The position numbers were made by a program, and so were the translations under genes. Of a DNA stretch of 64,000 bases, positions 55,571 to 64,000 are shown piece after piece (positions within the stretch are counted from its first letter, which is position 1; each line of letters starts with the position of its first letter). The notes under the pieces were generated by a model. That model made no database searches, was not told where the DNA came from, and was given only the letters and a program-made list of their open reading frames with translations. The DNA comes from TPA_inf: Saccharomyces (lineage: Eukaryota): assembly GCA_000146045.2 (NCBI GenBank), contig BK006946.2:480001-544000 (forward strand), read 5' to 3'.

Positions 55571-56112
55571 TGTTATTGAAAAGTTGAATTTCAATTGAGC
55601 CTTATAATTCTATTCGCTTACTTTCTAAATTTTAAGTATAAGGCAGTCCTCTGGTCTACAGAGTTGTTTTGTTTTTTTATCCAAGTTCTTTGTTTCAATC
55701 TTATTGTAGTTTTTTTCCATTAAAATATTAAAGCCTAGGATAATCTATATCCTAAACTAAATATAAATTAAGAGTATAAAAGATGAAAGTAAATAGCATC
55801 TAGCATTCAGAAAAAATAAGAAGTCTCTTTTCAAATGATTGATCGAGCACAACGAATGTTTTCAAACCACTGTTAATTTTTTTATAGATGTAATGACTAC
55901 TTATATGTTCTACGATGTGATTTTGTAGGAATAAAATAAAATTCAGTTTACCGTCTGCATATTCATAAACACTTAAATGACTGTTAAAGTATTCAGTATT
56001 TTAAATAATAATAACATAAATTATTAATACATACTTAAATACGAAGCCCATTTTGGTGGGTTCCTGAAAGAATATCAACTTTTTTTTACTAATAGAGAAT
56101 TTCGTTACAAGG

Positions 56113-56122
56113 TGGGCGGCTA
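56113..56122 (+). promoter_or_regulatory. URS1 (Ume6 site) TGGGCGGCTA about 85 bp upstream of REC114
   Basis: Exact match to the early-meiotic URS1 core, immediately upstream of an early meiotic gene. Confidence 0.6.
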
Positions 56123-56206
56123 ACTTATAAAAAGCAAAGGAGAAGGTTTTAACATATCGTCAAGTTAAGTTTGAAAGAGAGAACTAAAATAAAAAAAAAG
56201 AGAAAA

Positions 56207-57609
56207 ATGTACGAGTACTGCTCAGTTGTAATAAAGAAATACTCCAAGTATACAATTCCCTCCTTCGCTCCAAATGGTTTTCAATCAATGCTTGAGCCTC
56301 CTCAGATAGACAAGTGGCAACACCTTTCCGCTAACTGCACTCTCCAATTTCGGGTTCTTCTAATGGACTCTAGACAAATTCTGATCAATGTGGTTCTCAA
56401 TAATTCAACACTTCTCGAAAATATTCGCCTGCCGCTGGGGGATAATCAAGATTTAATACAATTTTCATGTAAAAGCCCCATAATCTCTTGTAAATATATC
56501 TCCGAAGAATTCGGACCCAGAATGTTAAGGAGGTTTCAGATGAATTTGCCAAATGACGTTGAGTTCAACAGGACTGTAGTTTCTTTAAAGAACCTTAATT
56601 TTGTTTTAAGGACAGCTAGGACATCAATAGCCCAGAGTACAATAACAAGCCAGGTGCAAGGCAATAATAACGGTACAAAGGTCTGTTTCACAGAAGGTCC
56701 AAAAGTTAGTAGCTACACAAATCCGAACACGCAATTTCAAACTCAAAACATGATTATGGATTTCAGTCAACGTTATCAGGAAGAATCTGAAAGAGAGTCA
56801 AATAATCGTTCAAATATAACTTTACCACACGACAGCATTCAAATAGCTCAACAAATATGGCCAAACACGGATTTAAATGTAGTACAATCTTCACAAGACC
56901 TCAACACTCCAATGGCTACGCAAACTGTTTTGGGTCGTCCTGAGTCGCTAATTGTACAGCCATTGGAGGTTTCTCAATCTCCACCAAACACTACCAACTG
57001 CCTTCCTAATGCAGAAAACAAAAAGAAAAAAGTCGACACCACTTCTGATTTTACTTCAAGAAAGGAGATTGCTCTGTGTAAAACTGGTTTATTAGAAACT
57101 ATTCATATACCAAAGGAAAGGGAAAGTCAGATGCAAAGCGTCACTGGTTTAGATGCAACACCAACGATTATATGGAGCCCCGGGAAAGACAACACGGCGA
57201 AGAAAAATACCAGTAATAAGAAAAATATTGATGATAAACTAACAAACCCCCAAAAATCTGGAAATACACATACCCCTGATAGAAATAAAGAAGTGCTACC
57301 TAACGGCACACTTAATGAAACGAGGAAAGAAGCATCGCCAAGCGAAGGATTAACGATAAGAGTTAAAAACGTTAATCGGAATGCGTCAAGAAAAATATCT
57401 AAGCGGCTAATCAAGGAAAAGTTGAAAGACGAAGAATTCATGAAATGGGTATGTATGCATTTGCAAGAAACTGAGCTGTTTCCCCCTCTTATCCACTCAT
57501 TTTCTCTGACTTGACAAAGAAATACTAACTAACAACTTTTGCCACTACAAATATGAATGAAAAGGTTAATAAGGTTGAAACGGTTCTCAATAAAATGTTC
57601 GAAAAGTGA
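56207..57609 (+). CDS. REC114: Meiotic DSB-formation protein, 428 aa. Exon 1 56207-57448, intron 57449-57564, exon 2 57565-57609.
   Basis: Begins MYEYCSVVIKKYSKYTIPSF. ...EEFMKW|GTATGTATGC ... TACTAAC (57524-57530) ... GAAAAG|GTTAATAAGGTTGAAACGGTTCTCAATAAAATGTTCGAAAAGTGA adds VNKVETVLNKMFEK. The track ORF 56171-57514 starts 12 codons early and reads through into the intron. Confidence 0.85.
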
Positions 57610-57837
57610 ACCCTTTTTTTGCAATTCCTTTTTACACTAGCCACGAAGTAAAATGGAAAAGTAAACCCGAGTTTCGGCAATATCGCTAAGCAAGAAGAGC
57701 AAGCTCGTTTAAGTAAGCCTTTATGAAAAAAAAACAAAATATAAAGCATTATAAAAATTGAATCACATCGCAAATCTGCAATATACTTGGAAGTGTTTAT
57801 AGCAAAGTGTGGTATAGAAAAAGAACCAAAGGCCGGT

Positions 57838-58551
57838 ATGTCGTTAAAGGATAGGTATCTAAATCTCGAATTAAAATTAATAAATAAACTACAGGAGTTG
57901 CCATATGTTCATCAATTTATCCATGATCGAATAAGTGGTAGGATAACTCTCTTTTTGATAGTGGTTGGTACGCTTGCATTTTTTAACGAACTGTATATAA
58001 CGATCGAAATGAGTCTTCTACAAAAGAACACATCAGAAGAACTAGAGCGTGGAAGAATCGATGAAAGTCTGAAGCTTCATCGGATGTTGGTGAGTGATGA
58101 ATATCACGGTAAAGAATACAAAGACGAGAAAAGCGGTATTGTTATTGAAGAGTTCGAAGATCGCGATAAGTTTTTTGCAAAACCTGTGTTTGTATCAGAA
58201 TTGGATGTCGAATGTAATGTTATTGTAGATGGGAAAGAACTTCTGTCCACCCCATTAAAATTTCATGTTGAATTTTCTCCAGAGGATTATGAAAATGAAA
58301 AAAGACCTGAGTTTGGTACTACCTTGCGTGTATTGAGGCTGAGACTTTACCACTACTTTAAAGATTGCGAAATATATCGCGATATAATTAAGAATGAGGG
58401 CGGTGAAGGGGCAAGAAAGTTTACGATTTCCAACGGTGTCAAAATTTACAATCATAAAGATGAACTACTGCCATTGAATATCGATGATGTTCAATTATGT
58501 TTCCTGAAGATTGATACGGGAAACACGATAAAATGCGAATTCATACTATGA
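57838..58551 (+). CDS. ERG29: ER membrane protein required for ergosterol homeostasis, 237 aa
   Basis: Begins MSLKDRYLNLELKLINKLQELPYVHQFIHDRISGRITLFLIVVGTLAFF with one transmembrane segment. The track ORF adds 17 upstream codons. Confidence 0.75.
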   Translation: MSLKDRYLNLELKLINKLQELPYVHQFIHDRISGRITLFLIVVGTLAFFNELYITIEMSLLQKNTSEELERGRIDESLKLHRMLVSDEYHGKEYKDEKSGIVIEEFEDRDKFFAKPVFVSELDVECNVIVDGKELLSTPLKFHVEFSPEDYENEKRPEFGTTLRVLRLRLYHYFKDCEIYRDIIKNEGGEGARKFTISNGVKIYNHKDELLPLNIDDVQLCFLKIDTGNTIKCEFIL

Positions 58552-58606
58552 AAGCTTCCAAAAAAAAAAAAGAAAAATCAATTGCTAAATGCATACATGC
58601 AGGTAG

Positions 58607-58660
58607 GCACACACACACACACACACACACACTCACTCACACATGCACACGCACACACAC
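58607..58660. repeat. (CA)n/(AC)n dinucleotide microsatellite, imperfect
   Basis: cacacacacacacacacacactcactcacacatgcacacgcacacacaca, in the convergent 3' intergenic region between ERG29 and GID8. Confidence 0.9.
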
Positions 58661-58688
58661 ATATATAAATATATACGTACTATGTATG

Positions 58689-60056
58689 TCAGTTTTCGAC
58701 CCTAGGAACCCCTATTTGGTTGTGATGAAGCTGATTTTCGCACCAACACCACAGTTTCATTATCTGCGTCAATCTTGGTTCATAGGGAAATTCGGAAGAG
58801 TAGTAATTATTGAATTCTAAACCTTTTTCCTTTCCATTTGAAGAGGAAAGCAATTCAGAAGTTTGATTCCAGTAATTTTTATTTTCTAAGTTATGAAAAG
58901 TTGTCGCCGCTGAACCTGTGCCAACATTTCCATCCCTTTGATTTAGCCAAACTGAATTAGCAGCAGCCGTGACCTCGTTGCTTGACATCTTTTCGTTGAT
59001 AGGTTGGTCAGACGAAATGTGAGTTATTTTTGTACCATTTGAACCATTGACGAGATTGTTGTTATACACCGTGAAGTTCTGCGTAATTATTTTCTTGTCG
59101 GAATTTAACAAATCTGGAAATTTGGAATTATTATTGCTGATCTCAAATTGAATCCTTGGATGAATAAACTTCAGCAGCTTCTCATTAACCAGATCTGCTA
59201 TCTTAGATCTTAGAGATATCGAGTACAGATTTTGTAACGATTTGGGCAGCTTAATGCTGCCGCTGTCCGCCGAATCTGACAAGGGGAAAAGCAGCAGAGT
59301 CATTGCTAATTCTAACTCTTGCATCTTTTTGACACTTGACGAAGCCTTTATTGCAAGTTTATTTTGAGAATACTGAATTAGATTGAGTATAAAGTCGTTG
59401 GAATCCTTGGTGATGTTCTCCTGTTGATGGTGACTTCTTATCATCTCGATCAAATTCAGTAACAGCAGTTTGAAGTGTAAATCTCCATCTATGTCAAACT
59501 GCTGCTGCTGCTGCTGCTGCTGCCTGTCAGTTCTACCCGTATAACTTCCCGTAGCATTGAAAGTCTCTTCCAGCACCTCCAGCCCGAAGATAGAGTTTAT
59601 CTCCTCCATCGCCTCATTGATACGCCCCAGCTTAATAAGATGTTTGATATGGAAACGCTCCTTGATCTTGTACAAATCATTGAAAACCGCAATGTCTTTG
59701 TTGTTCCGTATAAATCCCAGCTCCTTGGCCATCCTAATGCTCGAGTCTTCATATGCCATAGAAACAAAGTAGTTCAACAGAAGCCGTGGCAGTGTGGGCT
59801 CTATGGGTGTGGTCTGTATGGTAGCAAATCCCTCGTCCTGCGAGCCGCCACTGCTGTTGGGCTGAATTTTCAGCGGATAATGTATTGTCTTATTTGCATA
59901 TAGCTCGCCCATGGCAGAATACTTGGCCACCTGCTCCTTCCATTCTTCCTTCGTGAAGCACTTCTTTCCATACGTAAAGTCTTTCCCACCATTCTTGCCT
60001 TGGCCGCTGCAAGATCCGCTCTTCGTGGTCTCGTTACTAAGAGTAGATATAGTCAT
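58689..60056 (-). CDS. GID8: GID/CTLH ubiquitin-ligase complex subunit (LisH-CTLH-CRA), 455 aa
   Basis: LisH/CTLH region (LLLNYFVSMAYEDSSIRMAKELGF...) and poly-Q8 encoded by (CTG)8 on the plus strand at 59499-59522. Length matches YMR135C. Confidence 0.85.
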   Translation of the reverse strand: MTISTLSNETTKSGSCSGQGKNGGKDFTYGKKCFTKEEWKEQVAKYSAMGELYANKTIHYPLKIQPNSSGGSQDEGFATIQTTPIEPTLPRLLLNYFVSMAYEDSSIRMAKELGFIRNNKDIAVFNDLYKIKERFHIKHLIKLGRINEAMEEINSIFGLEVLEETFNATGSYTGRTDRQQQQQQQQFDIDGDLHFKLLLLNLIEMIRSHHQQENITKDSNDFILNLIQYSQNKLAIKASSSVKKMQELELAMTLLLFPLSDSADSGSIKLPKSLQNLYSISLRSKIADLVNEKLLKFIHPRIQFEISNNNSKFPDLLNSDKKIITQNFTVYNNNLVNGSNGTKITHISSDQPINEKMSSNEVTAAANSVWLNQRDGNVGTGSAATTFHNLENKNYWNQTSELLSSSNGKEKGLEFNNYYSSEFPYEPRLTQIMKLWCWCENQLHHNQIGVPRVEN

Positions 60057-60179
60057 TTCTATTTGTTACCACACACAAATATATCTTCATCCGGCTGATA
60101 TTTGTCTCTACTGCCCCTTTGCTTGCAATTTAATGACCAAATTACACATGTTAGCTTCAAGAAAAATGATGTACCATCA

Positions 60180-60830
60180 AAATGTCTCCTGCAACGAACC
60201 GGGGCACCGCGCCGGCAGAGTCAGGAAAGCGAGATCGACACTGATAGTGATAAACAGCAACACAATGGAGCGATTACCATTCACTCGGAACGGATCCGGA
60301 CAACAGTCAAATAAACTCCGGGATCCCAAAAAGGGCCGTACACACAAACCCAAGCCGAGCGAAAAACACAAAAAAAATAAAACAGGGAAAAAAGGAGCGC
60401 AAGAGAAAACGCACAGGAGTAGGAGCAGCAGAAAGGGGAACTAATATGGTTTTTCCGTTTGCTTATTTTTATTTTTTTGTTGAGTCATGGGCACGTCACC
60501 GCACAACAGCCGCCGCAGGCCTGTACCGCTACGCGTCTATCACTGCGAAACATCGCTACTTCTGTCGCCGCGTCGACGCTGGTCCAGACCACAAAAGGAT
60601 GCACGATCAGAAGCACTGTACCCTGCAGAGTTGGAGATAGTGTAACCGTGACTTCATTTTTCAAGCGTGGTTTCACATTCTTTTTGCACCGCCCTTATCT
60701 CAGATATAGTTTCGTTCGGTTGCTTTGCTTTCCCCAACTGAAGGTGCTGGATGGCGGTTTTTCCGGCTGCTGCGATTTTCCCTGCGCGGGGCCCGGCGCG
60801 GAATTGTGCAAAAGCTAAAACTCAACGGTT
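60180..60830. promoter_or_regulatory. GC-rich block (many CGG/CCG/GCGC motifs) in the long 5' region of GAT2
   Basis: Strings such as ccggggcaccgcgccggcag, cagccgccgcaggcctgtaccgctacgcg, cgccgcgtcgacgctgg and ctgcgcggggcccggcgcggaa. Composition is far above the local ~37% GC. It spawns the stop-free ORFs 60446-60640 and 60459-60818. Confidence 0.4.
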
Positions 60831-61198
60831 ATTTTGAAATATAAGGTTATAAGCAAATTTCCTAAATTTGCTTAATTGTTAATGCAGTTGTTATTGCATT
60901 AAGACATTCGGCTATCGTTTCCTTTCTTCGTGTCGGCAATCTTGTATAAAAGTTATTTTTTGAGTTTCAGTTTCTTGTATATCTTGGTATATATTGAAGG
61001 AGGATTTTTTCTTTCCTGGTCCTTTTACTTCCTTGCGTCCCCTCATATTTCTTCTATTTCCGTTCACGGCGTTTTTTTATTTTCTCCATCTACTTTTAGT
61101 GATTTCCTTTGCTCTAATATTGTTTTCGTTCATAGTGAATTGTTTGTTTTCACTTTAATAAAGGGCTTTTACGACTTGTCTCAAAAAATTTCATCGAG

Positions 61199-62881
61199 AT
61201 GCAAGCCCCCAATATCTACCCCTTCTCTCAAACACAGCCACAAGCACTGCCCGGGTTCACATACGGTCCTCCACAACTTGTTTTTGACCATTCTGCTCCG
61301 AGAGTAGATCCTTTGCATTCTACTGTAACTATAAATTCTCCATTACCCTTGCAGCATTATAATGGACCGAATGCCCATATAAACAGCGCAAACAACAACT
61401 ACGCATACTACTATCATCATCCCAACAATAATGATAACAACAACCATAGTAACAACACTATAAAAAATAACAACATTAATTCTGTTCTTCCCGCCGTTAA
61501 TATTCAAATATCCAACAACTCACATTATAGAAATACACACCAAATTCCTTCTGCTCCTCAGCGGCTGGTCAGCATCATACCGGATCCCCACATGCCGCCC
61601 AATATTTCTCACTTTCAGCTAAATAATATTCACCCTCAAATGCATGCTCCTGTTGCTACTGATATTCATTTCCAACAAGTACCAGTTTACAATAAAACCA
61701 ATAATGGCATTGGTACTGATAACATTAATAACGATAAACCCGTAAACTCGAATCAGAATGAAGTGCTGGACAATATTGATGAACGTTCCTGTCATGAAAT
61801 TAACAGGGTAGTTTCATTTTCTAAACATTTTGAAAACAACGAACTTACCACTACAGCAAATGATCTAAACATTCAATCTACTATGGATGAATTAGCTAAA
61901 CTGAAATCTTTATCAAATTCTACCCATTTCAGGCAGAGTATTGCTACTCAGAATTTCCATTCTTTACAAAATCATATCACAACCATCGAAAACCGTCTGG
62001 CTTCTTTACTTACTGACAGACAACAAGAGCAGCAACAGTTGAAGCAGCAAGAGTCTGAAAAGGAGAGCTCTTCACCGTTTTCCAATAAGATAAAGTTACC
62101 TTCCTTACAGGAATTAACTGACTCCATCTCCACCCAACATCTTCCAACATTCTATGACAATAAAAGGCATGCTTCGGATACCGATTTAAAGAGTAGCACC
62201 TTACATGGTCCATTATATCACCGTCACGCTTTTCTTTCAACCTCTTCTTCCTCACCCTCCCCCACGGCCGGTTCCGCGCCTCTTCAAAAGTTACAGGTTC
62301 CAAGACAAGACGATCCAAACGATAAGAAAATGAATATTTCATCATCTCCCTTCAATTCAATAACCTACATTCCAAACACTACGTTATCTCCAATGGTGCA
62401 AACGCAGTTAAAGAACTTAACCACTTCTAACCTCAACACGAAAAAGAAGAATAACAGAGGCAGACCAAGAGCTATTCAGAGACAACCCACGCTGACCACT
62501 TCCAGCCATTTCATCAATAATTCCAATCCTGGTGCTGCTGCAGTTTCAACGACAACTCCCGCCGCTAATAGCGATGAAAAGAATCCTAATGCAAAAAAAA
62601 TCATCGAGTTTTGTTTCCATTGCGGGGAGACCGAGACTCCAGAATGGAGAAAGGGACCATATGGCACAAGAACTTTGTGTAATGCCTGTGGGTTATTTTA
62701 TAGGAAAGTCACCAAGAAATTTGGCTCAAAAAGCAGTAATTTGTTGTTAAGATATAGAAGATCTATTGATTTAGCCAACGATCGTAGAATTCCTGATTTT
62801 ATCACTATTCCAAACAGGTTTATTCATGATATGGATAATGATCAAACGTTGGACTCTGAGTATAATACGATATTGCAATAA
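61199..62881 (+). CDS. GAT2: GATA-type zinc-finger transcription factor, 560 aa
   Basis: C-terminal GATA finger CFHCGETETPEWRKGPYGTRTLCNACGLFYRKV, and an N/Q/H-rich low-complexity N-terminal half. Confidence 0.9.
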   Translation: MQAPNIYPFSQTQPQALPGFTYGPPQLVFDHSAPRVDPLHSTVTINSPLPLQHYNGPNAHINSANNNYAYYYHHPNNNDNNNHSNNTIKNNNINSVLPAVNIQISNNSHYRNTHQIPSAPQRLVSIIPDPHMPPNISHFQLNNIHPQMHAPVATDIHFQQVPVYNKTNNGIGTDNINNDKPVNSNQNEVLDNIDERSCHEINRVVSFSKHFENNELTTTANDLNIQSTMDELAKLKSLSNSTHFRQSIATQNFHSLQNHITTIENRLASLLTDRQQEQQQLKQQESEKESSSPFSNKIKLPSLQELTDSISTQHLPTFYDNKRHASDTDLKSSTLHGPLYHRHAFLSTSSSSPSPTAGSAPLQKLQVPRQDDPNDKKMNISSSPFNSITYIPNTTLSPMVQTQLKNLTTSNLNTKKKNNRGRPRAIQRQPTLTTSSHFINNSNPGAAAVSTTTPAANSDEKNPNAKKIIEFCFHCGETETPEWRKGPYGTRTLCNACGLFYRKVTKKFGSKSSNLLLRYRRSIDLANDRRIPDFITIPNRFIHDMDNDQTLDSEYNTILQ

Positions 62882-62977
62882 TATAAAATCATACATTCAT
62901 ATAATATCCATTACGTACGTACATCTTACATAACACATTTTTACCCCCTTTTCTTTTTTTTGTTTTCCTTTTTTGTT

Positions 62978-64000
62978 TTATTTAGCCGCCCGCGTTTTCC
63001 TAACGTTTTCCCAACATTGAAACCAATTCGTCATATACCTCACTTTCCATAAATTGTTTAGATTCACAGTGGGAATGACTTCAGAACACTTCAATTTACA
63101 ACCAAATTTCACTAAATCGTTAAAACTACTGTGTTCAGAATATGGTACGTTAAAAACTTGAAATTTGTTGTACTTTTTGTATTGCCTCAATATACTCGAG
63201 ATTTCAAACCCATTCTCATCATCATTATCTCGATCATTCTTCATTAGTTCTAAGCAATATTCTGTATTGCCACTCATTTCATTCTCATCATCATCGTTTT
63301 TCTTTTGATATTTTAAACCAAAATTGTGACTCCACCCGGTAGGTATAAACCCGACAACATCTTCAATGTCTTTCACATAGTCTGTTTCCAATTCTTTTAA
63401 ACTTTTCAAGTAAGCTTCTATGGTTTCTTGACTTTTCAACACTCTTATAGGTACCAAATGTACGGATGATTCATGTAAATTGCTGGTGAGTAAGCTTTCG
63501 TCCCACATGTCATTTTGATTTTCGTTGTTTTGTAAAACTGTTAGCATCATTGAAAATTTAACGGAATTCGGCATAACAAATAATTTTGTTTTCAAAAATT
63601 CACATATCTTGATGGCTAGCTTCTCTTTTCCAATAGTATATGTTCCCACAAGAAATAGGACCCTGTAACGATGAGTTGTCAATGTTTTCTTTCTCTGAAA
63701 GTGAAAAAGGTTCCTTTGTGAATCTCCAAATGTTTTGTTTTTACCATGTTTTATAAGCCGTAATGTAAAATCAGCCACAGTCTCGCACACAGAATGTTGT
63801 GAAGGAAAGTTGTATCCCATAGTCATATATGTTGTATCTAAATAAACTTGGTCAATAGTTTCATTCGCTGTCTCGGCCAACCACTTCTGAATTGTCTCAA
63901 TCATTTTGGCGTTGCTTCGAAAATCCCCCGTGTGAAGAATTTGTCTTATAGGCTTATCATACGAATTTGCCAGAAACTCCTGGAAAAGCATTATTATTGC
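62978..64000 (-). CDS. PSO2: DNA interstrand cross-link repair nuclease (SNM1 / metallo-beta-lactamase-CPSF family), C-terminal 340 aa; the gene continues past the window end
   Basis: ...HTGDFR region and the DRMBL-type C-terminal domain. Stop at 62978, and the frame is still open at 64000. Confidence 0.8.
   Translation of the reverse strand, partial: AIIMLFQEFLANSYDKPIRQILHTGDFRSNAKMIETIQKWLAETANETIDQVYLDTTYMTMGYNFPSQHSVCETVADFTLRLIKHGKNKTFGDSQRNLFHFQRKKTLTTHRYRVLFLVGTYTIGKEKLAIKICEFLKTKLFVMPNSVKFSMMLTVLQNNENQNDMWDESLLTSNLHESSVHLVPIRVLKSQETIEAYLKSLKELETDYVKDIEDVVGFIPTGWSHNFGLKYQKKNDDDENEMSGNTEYCLELMKNDRDNDDENGFEISSILRQYKKYNKFQVFNVPYSEHSSFNDLVKFGCKLKCSEVIPTVNLNNLWKVRYMTNWFQCWENVRKTRAAK

Noticed and set aside
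58580-58680. Possible CRISPR-like or telomeric repeat at the CA-rich tract
   Set aside because: It is a simple dinucleotide microsatellite in a eukaryotic nuclear genome. It has no spacer-repeat periodicity and is not the TG1-3 telomeric pattern.
60446-60818. ORFs of 64 and 119 aa in the GC-rich block upstream of GAT2
   Set aside because: Open frames are expected wherever GC content is high, because there are few stop codons. Composition is Arg/Ala/Cys-heavy and non-protein-like. This may correspond to a dubious annotated ORF.

Overview
This window is Saccharomyces cerevisiae nuclear DNA and matches chromosome XIII right arm, YMR106C (YKU80, partial) through YMR137C (PSO2, partial). I identified it by protein recognition and gene order, not by a database search. 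Genes are dense, about one per 1.9 kb. Three introns have canonical GTATGT...TACTAAC...AG signals, and two tRNA genes are flanked by Ty LTR remnants. Gene order, with strand: YKU80(-), tK(CUU)(-), two delta LTRs, SPG4(+), ILV2(+), MYO5(+), HFD1(-), YMR111C/EUC1(-), MED11(-), FOL3(+), YMR114C(-), MGR3(+), ASC1(-, with snR24 in its intron), SPC24(-), SHH3/YMR118C(-), a delta/tau/delta LTR cluster, tL(CAA)(+), ASI1(+), ADE17(-), RPL15B(-), YMR122C(-), YMR122W-A(+), PKR1(+), EPO1(+), STO1(+, intron), DLT1(-), SAS2(-), ECM16/DHR1(+), POM152(+), YMR130W(+), RRB1(-), JLP2(-), REC114(+, 3' intron), ERG29(+), GID8(-), GAT2(+), PSO2(-, partial). Several track ORFs carry spurious N-terminal extensions; I give corrected starts. 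I see no evidence of a novel multi-gene system, because essentially every long ORF is a recognisable, well-studied yeast gene. The observations I would look at again are: (1) a degenerate second copy of YMR122W-A about 1.4 kb downstream of the intact gene; (2) a clean 87-codon ORF between tK(CUU) and the delta LTRs that I cannot place; (3) nested solo tau and delta LTRs with intact 5-bp target-site duplications upstream of tL(CAA); (4) an atypically GC-rich 650-bp block in the GAT2 upstream region; (5) promoter elements readable directly from the sequence, namely Leu3 UAS plus poly(dA) at ILV2, URS1 at REC114, and a Rap1-like site at ASC1.
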